Shown piece after piece: positions 10,811 through 19,520 of a DNA stretch of 64,000 nucleotides. A program made the translations under genes and the position numbers. Within the stretch, counting starts at the first letter, position 1. Every line of letters starts with the position of its first letter. The notes beneath the pieces were generated by a model. That model was given only the letters and a program-made list of their open reading frames with translations. It was not told where the DNA came from and made no database searches. The stretch is from an uncultured delta proteobacterium. Lineage in GTDB: Bacteria > Desulfobacterota > Binatia > Binatales > Binataceae. Location of the stretch: assembly GCA_963842085.1 (NCBI GenBank), contig CAWJET010000002.1, positions 1,568,001-1,632,000 of the forward strand, written 5' to 3'.

Positions 10811-11124
10811 CTCCGTATGCCGACTATGAAACGATCGACGCGATCGAGGGAGAGCCTACACTATTAGGACGCATCGACGGACGGTCTCCTTACACCAACG
10901 TGTATCGGCTGACCGACGGTTCGTTCTATCTCGTTGCTTCTGGTTAGGAGAAAGACGAAAAGACTGGCTTCCAGGTAGCCAGCATCGCGGGTTTCTCTGC
11001 AAGGTATAGATGATGCATCCAACTCTGGCAGAGGCCGAACATGAACAACGCGCGTCGCGAACGAGGTCTGTGACGATTGGTCACATCGAGCGATGTAAGC
11101 AGGCGCCCAAGGAAGGAACACAAT

Positions 11125-11682
11125 ATGCAGCGTCCACTCACGATCACGGCACGCGATTTTGTCCTGACTGAACCGATGGAGCAGCAAATTCGCGAAAAAG
11201 TCGCCGACCTCGGGTCGTACTACGACCGCATTACCGGCTGCGAGGTCGTGGTGGAAGGCGCCGTTCGGCACCATCACCGCGGCGGTCCTTTCCGCGTTCG
11301 CATCCGCCTCACGCTTCCGCGCGGTGAGTTGGAGGTTAATCGCCACTCCGCCGAAGATCTGGCAGTCGCGATTCGCGACGCATTCGACGCCGCACGCAGG
11401 CGTCTCGAAGATCACGTGCGCGAGCTTCGCCGACAGGTCAAAGCACATGAGGAGGCCGCCCATGGCCAGGTAAAGAAGCTCGATGCGAAGGAGGGATTCG
11501 GCTTTCTCGAGACGCCGGACGGCGACGAGATCTATTTCCATCGTAACAGCGTGCTTCCACCCGGCTTCGAAAGTCTGAAAATCGGAACCGAAGTCCGATT
11601 TGTACCGGAGATGGGTGAGCACGGCCCTCAGGCCAGCAGTCTGTCGATCATTCGACCGCGTCATAAGCGCAAGGCGTCGTGA
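11125..11682 (+). CDS. HPF/RaiA ribosome-associated domain fused to a cold-shock domain
   Basis: ITARDF..EDLAVAIRDAFDAARRRL (HPF); GFGFL..EIYFHRNSV..GPQAS (CSD). Confidence 0.9.
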   Translation: MQRPLTITARDFVLTEPMEQQIREKVADLGSYYDRITGCEVVVEGAVRHHHRGGPFRVRIRLTLPRGELEVNRHSAEDLAVAIRDAFDAARRRLEDHVRELRRQVKAHEEAAHGQVKKLDAKEGFGFLETPDGDEIYFHRNSVLPPGFESLKIGTEVRFVPEMGEHGPQASSLSIIRPRHKRKAS

Positions 11683-12380
11683 GCCTTAGGCGCGAGGTAT
11701 CACCGGGAAAACTGGTCGAAACCGTTGGCGGCCGCTTCTCAGCCAAGCTCGGAATCGATTTACAATCGCGTGACTCAAGCGAGCTCTTCAAATGGTTCCT
11801 CGCAGCGATGCTTTTCGGTGCGCGCATTTCCGAGACTCTTGCAGCTCGTACTTATGGCGAGTTTGCGAAGCGCCGGCTGCTAGAACCCAAAAGCATCACG
11901 CGGTGCGGTTGGAATGGCTTGGTTGAGGTGCTTGATGCGGGTGGCTATGCCCGTTACGACTTCAAAACCGCTAGCAAGCTGCTGGAAGTGAGTAAGAGCC
12001 TGACGGATCGTTATGCCGGCGACCTCAATCGGCTTCACGAAGCAGCGCTCGATGCTCACGACCTCGAAGACCGGCTGAAGAAGCTCGGCAAAGGCGTTGG
12101 CGATACGACGGTGGGAATATTCCTCAGGGAGCTGCGAGGCATTTGGGAGAAGGCAGATCCCGTTCCGTCGGAGCTTGTGATTGATGCAGCAACCTGCCTG
12201 CGCCTTATTCCACGAAGTCTGAAGAATCGACGCGCAATTCTCAATCTCCTCAAGAAAAAGTGGAGGATCGAGAGCAACCGGTCAAAAGACTTCGCAGATT
12301 TTGAGGCGGGGCTAGTTCGCTATGGCCTTGCGCTGCGTAGATCCAGACGGTCATCGAACAAGCTAGATTTCGGTAATTAA
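11679..12380 (+). CDS. Helix-hairpin-helix (HhH-GPD/endonuclease III-like) protein
   Basis: LFKWFLAAMLFGARIS, GGYARYD, LKKLGKGVGDTTVGIFLREL; 4-nt overlap with the upstream gene. Confidence 0.7.
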   Translation: MSLRREVSPGKLVETVGGRFSAKLGIDLQSRDSSELFKWFLAAMLFGARISETLAARTYGEFAKRRLLEPKSITRCGWNGLVEVLDAGGYARYDFKTASKLLEVSKSLTDRYAGDLNRLHEAALDAHDLEDRLKKLGKGVGDTTVGIFLRELRGIWEKADPVPSELVIDAATCLRLIPRSLKNRRAILNLLKKKWRIESNRSKDFADFEAGLVRYGLALRRSRRSSNKLDFGN

Positions 12381-12772
12381 ATCAGTTCGATGTTTGCGTA
12401 AAGTCCGAGCCCGGCAAGGGTCGGGTTATCAGAACGCCCAGCGGCTTCAGCGCCCAAGAATAGACGAGGCCGGCGGGCGCGACTCCAAACGCCACAACGT
12501 CCGACAAACTGTCTAATTCTGCGCCGAACGGGGCGGTCGAGCGTGATACGCGCGTGACCAGACCGTCGAGAACGTCACAGATCCAGGCAGACGTCGATCA
12601 ATGCCGCGGAACGCTCGAAGTGGCTGTCGAAGGCCGAAACCAGTGACAGGCATCCGAGAAGGAGGCCGACCAAGGTGACTGCATCAGGTAGCCAATCGAT
12701 ACGGAGGTGGCGATGGACCCCGCCGTTCTCGGAGGTCGAGGGTGTCTCCGCACCGGTGGGCATAGCGATCAT
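12381..12772 (-). pseudogene. pssA: CDP-alcohol phosphatidyltransferase (PssA-like), frameshifted and truncated
   Basis: WLPDAVTL..., then after a shift near 12580 DVLDGLVTR...FGAELDSLSDVVAFGVAP. Confidence 0.75.
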
Positions 12773-13716
12773 CGATGGCTGATGAACTCGTCGAGCGACT
12801 CTCCGACGTTGAGCCGCGAGACCACCTCGGCCAGCATCGGCGCTAGTGAGACCACTTGAGTTGGCACTGCCGGGTTGAGAGCCTGGACCACGCTGTCAGT
12901 CACAATTAAGCGCCTTAACTTCAGCGCCGCGAGCCGATCGTTGGCCGGACCTACTTGCAGGGCGTGGGTAGCAACAACAGTAATCTCTGGCGTGCATCCG
13001 GCAGCCGTTAGCGCGTGCGCAGCAGCCTCGATCGTAGCTCCAGTGCTGATCATATCGTCGATGATCATCGGTCGTTTGCCACGGACGTCGCCCACGACTT
13101 CGCGAACTTTCACGGCGGTTCCGCTCAGCCGAATTTTGTGAATGATTGCCATGGATAGGTGCAAAAGCTCCGCATAACGTTCCCCGAGTTTCACCGCGCC
13201 GAGGTCGGGCGCGACGATTACATGCTGCGGACCGACGAAGTCGCGCGCCGCATTCGCCAAGAGTCCCACCGCGCTTAGATGCTCGAGCGGGATAGCGAAG
13301 AATCCCTCGAGCGCACTGCTGTGGAGGTCCACGGCGACGATACGATCGACGCCGGCACGCGCTATCAAATCGGCAACGAGGCGCGCGCCAACGGCGTCAC
13401 GCCCCGACGCCCGGCGATCCTGCCGTGCATAGCCGAAGTATGGCATGATCGCCGTCAAGGTTCTGGCGCCGGCCCGACGGCATGCGTCACCCAGGAAGAA
13501 CAGTTCTATCAGGTGCTGATCAACCGGCGGGCTGGTAGGCTGCACGATAAAGACGTTGGCGTCTCTTACGGTTTCTTCGATCTCGACATGCAGCTCGCTG
13601 TCGGGGAACCGGGTCAAGCTCCTCCGACCGAGTCGCACAGCGAGGTTTTCGGCAATCGCCTCAGCCAGCGTGGGGTTCGCGGATCCGGTAAAGACGATCA
13701 GGTTCGGCGGGGGCAT
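12769..13716 (-). CDS. prs: Ribose-phosphate pyrophosphokinase
   Basis: FPDSE, PYFGYARQDR, VDLHS, APDLG, IIDDMISTGAT. Confidence 0.95.
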   Translation of the reverse strand: MPPPNLIVFTGSANPTLAEAIAENLAVRLGRRSLTRFPDSELHVEIEETVRDANVFIVQPTSPPVDQHLIELFFLGDACRRAGARTLTAIMPYFGYARQDRRASGRDAVGARLVADLIARAGVDRIVAVDLHSSALEGFFAIPLEHLSAVGLLANAARDFVGPQHVIVAPDLGAVKLGERYAELLHLSMAIIHKIRLSGTAVKVREVVGDVRGKRPMIIDDMISTGATIEAAAHALTAAGCTPEITVVATHALQVGPANDRLAALKLRRLIVTDSVVQALNPAVPTQVVSLAPMLAEVVSRLNVGESLDEFISHR

Positions 13717-13784
13717 CGGCTTCGCTCGTTGTTGTTCAGGGGGCGGCTGCTCGCGATTGCGACAAAAGCTGCTTTTCATGTTTA

Positions 13785-13799
13785 GCAGGGAGCGTGCCA
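13785..13799 (-). promoter_or_regulatory. Putative sigma54 -24/-12 promoter for prs
   Basis: TGGCAC-GCTCC-CTGC (GG-N10-GC) about 70 bp upstream of the start. Confidence 0.55.
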
Positions 13800-13962
13800 A
13801 GCTTTTCAGACCCGCCAGCGATTCGGTGGATATGGACGGACCCGAGCAGGGTCTTCGATGGATACGTCGTTCGTGTTTCCGGCAGAGCCAACTCACGGAA
13901 GGCCAACTGATTGGCTCGTTGTCAAATACGGCAAAGGTCCGTCTCCGCTACCGATCCTTTAG

Positions 13963-14081
13963 CAGGTTGCGGAAAAAGGGTTTTTGACTCCTGATGACAT
14001 TGATCCAAGACGCATTCTCGTGATCGTAGTAATGCTTACTCTTCGCCGAAATCGTCTTTCATTGAGTTTTTCCGCAGCCTG
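13963..14081. mobile_element. 119-bp MITE, copy 2
   Basis: Matches copy 1 except for one base in the right IR (GCAGCCTG); TTAG duplicated at 13959..13962 and 14082..14085. Confidence 0.95.
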
Positions 14082-14086
14082 TTAGG

Positions 14087-14101
14087 TGGCACGTTTGGTG
14101 C
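14087..14101 (+). promoter_or_regulatory. Putative sigma54 promoter upstream of pncB-nrdJ
   Basis: TGGCAC-GTTTG-GTGC (GG-N10-GC), followed by a GGAGG RBS and ATG at 14127. Confidence 0.55.
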
Positions 14102-14126
14102 TCACGTAGGCGCTGGAGGGAAAACA

Positions 14127-14300
14127 ATGAAGACATACCAGCGAGAAGCCTTGTTGGGGATTCCGGTCGGGCTGCTGCTGGCGCTGGCGTTATTCTCCTC
14201 ATCTCTGGCTCAAACATCGGTTGAAGTGAAATATGTTAAGGCTCGATCCGATTTTCGCGGCGCATTCAATAGGTGCTGTCGAAGGAAGCGATGCGCGTAG
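14127..14300 (+). pseudogene. Short ORF, probably the signal-peptide remnant of a truncated exported protein
   Basis: Good RBS; MKTYQREALLGIPVGLLLALALFSSSLAQ... runs into the pncB start region. Confidence 0.4.
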
Positions 14301-15694
14301 ATCTGAGATTCGATCCGAACGAAGTGCCGCTGATCACGGATCTGTATGAACTCACGATGGCAGCGAGCTACTTCGAACTCGGATTCAACGACCTGGCATG
14401 CTTCGGCATGAGCGCTCGCCGGTTACCTGCGCGTCGGGGGTTCCTGGTAGCAGCGGGTCTTGAGCGTTTGCTCGAAGCAATAGAGCAGTTTCAATTCGAG
14501 CCACCGATAATCGACTATCTTGATTCTCTCCAACTCTTCACCGCTGATTTCTTGCATTTTCTCGGGAAACTGCGGTTCAGGGGCGAGATTCATGCGTTGC
14601 CTGAGGGAACCATCTTCTTCGGCCAGGAGCCGATCGTCGAAATTCATGCTCCGCTGATCGAAGCGCAGTTGCTCGAGACTCTGGTAATCAATCAAGTGGG
14701 TATGGCGTCGCTGATTGCGAGCAAGGCCGCTCGTTGCCGAATTGCCGCGCAGGAAAAACGACTCGTGGATTTCGGGCTGAGACGCAGCCAGGGAGTCGAC
14801 GCTGGTCTTATCGCCGCGCGTTCAAGCTATCTGGCAGGATTCGATGGCACTTCGAATGTGCTCGCGGGCCGTCGGTATGGAATTCCGCTATCCGGCACCA
14901 TGGCTCACAGTTACATCATGGCCCACGATCGCGAGCGCGAAGCCTTCGAGCATTTCGTGCAGCACTTTCCAAAACTCAGCACACTATTGGTGGATACCTA
15001 CGATACTGTTCGTGGCGTCGAGAATGCGGCTCGCGTGGCGCGACAGATGAAAGGGCGCGGCCTGAATCTGCAGGGAGTTCGCCTTGATAGTGGCGATCTT
15101 GCCGACTTGAGCTTCAAGTCACGGCGAATCTTGGATGAGAACGGTCTCAACGAAACTTCGATCTTCGCCAGTGGAAATCTCAACGAATACAAGATCGCAG
15201 AGCTCGTGAAGGTGAGCGCTCCGATCGATACCTTCGGGGTAGGCACAGACATGGTCGTGAGCGCCGATGCGCCTGCGCTCGACGTCGCGTACAAGCTAAA
15301 TGAATATGCAGGAAAGCCGCGGCTCAAGACCTCGCAGGGCAAGTTGACACTGCCCGGCCGCAAGCAGGTGTTTCGTGCGATCGGTGAGGAGGGCGCTTTA
15401 GCGGGCGATATAATCGGTCTTGCGAACGAGAACCCGAAGGCTATTGCGAGGGAGTTCGCCTCCAGTCCTTCAAATGTGGCTTCGCTACTCAAGATTCATC
15501 TCAAAGAAGGGCACCGGATGGCGCCCCGGCCTACTCTTTGCGAGTCGCGGGAGCACTTTCTTCAGGCGCTCTCAAAACTGGAGCAGCGCTACAAGGACCT
15601 CGACGAGCCTGACGTCTACCCGGTCGCGTTCAGTCACGCCCTTGACGAAATGCTGTTGAACGAGAAGCGGCGCGCCGAACAAATCCAGGACTAG
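14273..15694 (+). CDS. pncB: Nicotinate phosphoribosyltransferase (start may be ATG 14291)
   Basis: TDLYELTM, DFGLRR, GTMAHSY, LLVDTYD, GVRLDSGD, FGVGT. Confidence 0.95.
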   Translation: MLSKEAMRVDLRFDPNEVPLITDLYELTMAASYFELGFNDLACFGMSARRLPARRGFLVAAGLERLLEAIEQFQFEPPIIDYLDSLQLFTADFLHFLGKLRFRGEIHALPEGTIFFGQEPIVEIHAPLIEAQLLETLVINQVGMASLIASKAARCRIAAQEKRLVDFGLRRSQGVDAGLIAARSSYLAGFDGTSNVLAGRRYGIPLSGTMAHSYIMAHDREREAFEHFVQHFPKLSTLLVDTYDTVRGVENAARVARQMKGRGLNLQGVRLDSGDLADLSFKSRRILDENGLNETSIFASGNLNEYKIAELVKVSAPIDTFGVGTDMVVSADAPALDVAYKLNEYAGKPRLKTSQGKLTLPGRKQVFRAIGEEGALAGDIIGLANENPKAIAREFASSPSNVASLLKIHLKEGHRMAPRPTLCESREHFLQALSKLEQRYKDLDEPDVYPVAFSHALDEMLLNEKRRAEQIQD

Positions 15695-15695
15695 A

Positions 15696-17432
15696 TTGGA
15701 CACCGCATTCTCAGAGACCGCTATGGCGGTGCTCGACGCGCGCTATCTCAGACGCGACGAAAGCGGCCGCCGAATCGAAGACCCATCGGAGATGTGGAGC
15801 AGGGTCGCAAGAGCGATCGCACAGCCGTGCGCGAAGTTCGGCGAAGATCCGGAATTCTGGCAGGAGCGGTTTCTCCACCGGCTCAAGCGGCTCGAGTTCC
15901 TGCCCAATTCGCCGACGCTTATGAATGCCGGGCTCCCGAACGGCCAGCTGGCGGCGTGCTTTGTGCTGCCCATCGAAGATGATCTGGATTCGATTTTTCA
16001 GACGCTCGGGTTGGCAGCGAAAATACAACGGAGCGGAGGCGGCACTGGCTTTTCCTTCAGCAAACTCAGACCACGAGGCGATGTGGTGCGATCGACCGGT
16101 GGAATCAGTTCAGGAGCGGTATCGTTTATGGAACTGTTTGACCGCTCCACCGCGCTTATCCGGGCGGGCGGGCGACGTAGAGGCGCCAATATGGCCGTCC
16201 TTCGCGTCGACCACCCTGATATCAGTGAGTTTGTCAGCGCCAAGAGTGTTTCGGGCAAACTCGAGAACTTCAACTTGTCGGTGGGGATGACCGATGAGTT
16301 CTTCTCCTGTCTTCATTCTGGCAAACCGTTGCCGCTCCGGGATCCCCGGAGCGGCGATGTCAAGCGCACATTGTCGGCCGCCGATCTGCTGCAGCAGATC
16401 GTCGAATCAGCCTGGGCTGGCGGCGACCCGGGCTTGGTGTTCCTGGATGAGATGAATCGCGCCAACCCGGTACCGTCGCTGGGGCGGATAGAGGCCACCA
16501 ATCCGTGCGGAGAGCAGCCGCTCCTTCCATATGAATCGTGCACGCTGGGGTCGCTCAACCTCGGCAAATTTGTGTCAGCCAGACAGCTCGACCGGAGCGC
16601 GCTGGCCGACGCGATACGAGACGCCGTGGTGTTTCTCGACAATGTGATCGAGACGAACAGCTATCCGGTGAACGCTATTCGGCAAACAACACTCGATACG
16701 CGCAAGCTCGGACTTGGGGTAATGGGTCTGGCTGACCTTCTGGCTGAAATCGGAGTGCCTTACGACTCCGAACAAGCAGTGCAGCTTGGCGGCGATATCG
16801 CGAAGTTCATCACCAAAACCGCCAGGAAAATCTCCACCGAACTTGGGCGAACGCGCGGTTCGTTTCCGGCATTTGGCGCGAGCGTTTGGCGTGAGCGTGG
16901 CTTCGACGCTATGCGCAATGCGACGGTGACGTGCGTGGCTCCAACCGGAACGATCGGAGTCATCGCGGGTGCTTCGGGAGGTATCGAGCCATTTTTTGCG
17001 CTCGCGGCAAGGCGGCGAGTGCTCGAGGGGCGGACGTTCATTGAGCTCAATAGATTCCTTGAGAGAAAATTGAAACAGTGTGGACCTGCCGGCGAGGCAG
17101 CCCTTGCACTGGCGCGCGAAACCGGCTCGATCCGCGAAGCGGTTGGTCTCCCTGAAGAACTTAGGCGGAGTTTTCCGATCGCGCTGGAAATCACGCCGGA
17201 ATTTCATCTGCGGATGCAATCGGCCTTTCAACAACACGTCGATGCCGCCGTCTCAAAGACAGTCAACCTTCCCACCGATTCCTCACCCGATATGGTCCGC
17301 GAGGTGTTTCTTCGAGCGCACGACCTCCGGCTCAAGGGAGTTACTGTCTATCGCTACGGATCGCGCTCGGGGCAAACTCTGAGCCTCGTGGACGAGGGGG
17401 CGTCCTCCGACTGTCGGGAGTGCTCGGTCTAG
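15696..17432 (+). CDS. nrdJ: Class II adenosylcobalamin-dependent ribonucleotide reductase (NrdJ/NrdZ type)
   Basis: FLPNSPTLMNAG, QLAACFV, GGGTG, TNPCGEQPL, CTLGSLNL, APTGT, SKTVN, KGVTVYR; C-terminal CREC; no beta subunit gene. Confidence 0.9.
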   Translation: MDTAFSETAMAVLDARYLRRDESGRRIEDPSEMWSRVARAIAQPCAKFGEDPEFWQERFLHRLKRLEFLPNSPTLMNAGLPNGQLAACFVLPIEDDLDSIFQTLGLAAKIQRSGGGTGFSFSKLRPRGDVVRSTGGISSGAVSFMELFDRSTALIRAGGRRRGANMAVLRVDHPDISEFVSAKSVSGKLENFNLSVGMTDEFFSCLHSGKPLPLRDPRSGDVKRTLSAADLLQQIVESAWAGGDPGLVFLDEMNRANPVPSLGRIEATNPCGEQPLLPYESCTLGSLNLGKFVSARQLDRSALADAIRDAVVFLDNVIETNSYPVNAIRQTTLDTRKLGLGVMGLADLLAEIGVPYDSEQAVQLGGDIAKFITKTARKISTELGRTRGSFPAFGASVWRERGFDAMRNATVTCVAPTGTIGVIAGASGGIEPFFALAARRRVLEGRTFIELNRFLERKLKQCGPAGEAALALARETGSIREAVGLPEELRRSFPIALEITPEFHLRMQSAFQQHVDAAVSKTVNLPTDSSPDMVREVFLRAHDLRLKGVTVYRYGSRSGQTLSLVDEGASSDCRECSV

Positions 17433-17863
17433 ATTAGACCGAGCATCGCGGCTCCCTCCACAAGTATTGTGCAGGTTCTCGGCGTGAAACTTCCAGCCTA
17501 CAGTCCAAATTCATCTCCAGGCAGGCCCGGAAAAATACTGCCACAAGCACTGTTCTATTATCCCACCCGCTGGCAGCGGCATGGAAACTCATGGCTCGAG
17601 CGGATCGAATCTCATAACAATGCGCACCAAGGGAACTGTGACTAAAGGCACCAGACCAATGATTTGAGATGGCGCATAAGGAAACACCATGAATATTGCG
17701 CGACTCGAAGAAATTGGCTGGCATACGGTTCGTCAGAAACCCCCGGGGGTAGCCAATAGCAAAGCACGTGCGAGCGATCAGCGGGCTTTCGTGGATGGGA
17801 GCTACCATCGGTCCCCACCGTCTTCCAGGGCATGGATGATGCATCTCGTATCGCGGGGCAAAT

Positions 17864-18172
17864 ATGAACAACAGCAGCACAGATCTCGACCCGATCGGAG
17901 CGTATGGCGATCTACTCGGGCAACAGTATTACGACATGGTCGGGTCACGCCGAACGCCTAATGGGCCGCGGACGCTGATGTTTGCCGTTTTGGAAGATGG
18001 CGTCCGCTGTTACCTGACAAACAAGAACGTCGTGCGAAGCTGCTTCCGCAGTCCTTCGGCGTCTATGTCCAACGTGTTACAGAGCGTCTCGAACGCGAAC
18101 GGCCCAACGGCCTTGCGGTCTTCGATTCATGTCTTGGCTTCTTCAAATCTCTGGCGCAGCCTGGGACGGCGG
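17864..18172 (+). pseudogene. Small hypothetical gene whose 3' half is inverted
   Basis: RTLMFAVLEDGVRCYL on +; the apparent continuation RLRQRFEEAKT*IEDRKAVGPFAFETLCNTLDIDAEGLRKQL is on the - strand at 18031..18172. Confidence 0.55.
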
Positions 18173-18322
18173 AATACCGGCTGAAGGCTATCGATGCAGT
18201 TATCACGACGACCGACGTGCTCAACGCACTAACGGCGGAGGACTGAAAGCGGCTACCGGACAGCGCCAGTCGCTTGCCGTGCCGTGGCCAAATCGCCAGA
18301 CCGCATACAGGAGGTGTTGACT

Positions 18323-18772
18323 ATGCAAGATCACGAATTCTTCAAAGAGGTTATGACGCGCATCGGATGTGACCTGCGTCGTGCGGAGGGGCTGACCTTC
18401 GTGGTCTTCCAGGAACTGCGCGATCGCATCACGCCGACGGAGGCGATGCACGTCGCCGCGCAACTCCCCAAGCATCTCAAAATGATGTGGATGTCGCTCG
18501 AATATCCCGATCGCAAGGTTCATCGCGTCGGCGGCGAGCAGTTCATATGGGAAGTGCGCCGGATGGCCGGACTCACCGATGACGTGGAGGCGGAACGCGC
18601 GGTATCCGCCGTTTTCGCCGCGCTGCAGAAGTTGCTCGGCAGCCCTACCGGCCAGGAAGGCGAGGCGTGGGACGTGATGAGCCAGCTTCCCAAGGACTTG
18701 AAAAGGCTGTGGGTTGATGCGCAGCGGAAGCATGAAACGGTCAACCCGTCAGGAGTTCAGCCGCTTCGATGA
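18323..18772 (+). CDS. DUF2267-family protein
   Basis: FFKEVMTR..LRDRITPTEAMHVAAQLPKHL...EAWDVMSQLPKDL internal repeat. Confidence 0.8.
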   Translation: MQDHEFFKEVMTRIGCDLRRAEGLTFVVFQELRDRITPTEAMHVAAQLPKHLKMMWMSLEYPDRKVHRVGGEQFIWEVRRMAGLTDDVEAERAVSAVFAALQKLLGSPTGQEGEAWDVMSQLPKDLKRLWVDAQRKHETVNPSGVQPLR

Positions 18773-19500
18773 ATGACTCAGCGGAAATCGTACGCGAGGT
18801 TCATGCGGCTCTCGGACGCGACCAGCGCCTAGACCTTCGCCGCCATCCGATTGTTATCCAATATGAACCGGATGGAAGCCTTCTCCTTCAAGGCGAAACC
18901 CAAAGCCTGGCTGCCAAGAAGATCGCGCTAGAACTGGCGGCTTCGGTTGGTCGCGTGACGGGAATCGTCGATCGACTCCGGGTGGCGCCGAGACAACCGA
19001 TGGGTGATGGTGCGATCCGGGATCACCTATCCGCCGCGATGTTCGAGGAAGGAGCTTTCAATCACTGCGGGATTCAAGCTGGCGAAGGTGGCCGTGCCAG
19101 AGCGGTCGACGAGGCCACCGCGGACCGGGGTAACCACATCGAAATCGCGGTCGCCGGCGGAGTCGTGACGCTCGATGGCCAGGTCGAAAGCCTGTCGCAC
19201 AAGCGTCTCGCGGAACTGCTCGCGTGGTGGGTCCCGGGCACTCGCGATGTCGTAAACGGAATCGAGGTCGAGCCCTACGAGGACGACAGCGACGACGAGA
19301 TCACCGACGCCGTCACGACGGCGCTTGAAAAGGATCGCCTCGTCACCCATGACTCGATCAAGGTCAGCACGCGAAACTCAATTGTGACTCTCGAAGGGGT
19401 AGTGCCCAACCGCCATCAGGCTGAGATGGCCGAAGCTGACGCCTGGTACATTTTCGGCGTCGACGGCGTCATCAACAATCTGCGCAGCGCCCAAGAGTAG
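18769..19500 (+). CDS. BON-domain protein (three BON domains)
   Basis: GVVTLDGQV..VPGTRDVVNGI; IVTLEGVV..GVDGVINNL. Confidence 0.85.
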   Translation: MNDSAEIVREVHAALGRDQRLDLRRHPIVIQYEPDGSLLLQGETQSLAAKKIALELAASVGRVTGIVDRLRVAPRQPMGDGAIRDHLSAAMFEEGAFNHCGIQAGEGGRARAVDEATADRGNHIEIAVAGGVVTLDGQVESLSHKRLAELLAWWVPGTRDVVNGIEVEPYEDDSDDEITDAVTTALEKDRLVTHDSIKVSTRNSIVTLEGVVPNRHQAEMAEADAWYIFGVDGVINNLRSAQE

Positions 19501-19520
19501 CCGCAGAAGGAAGAAGAACC

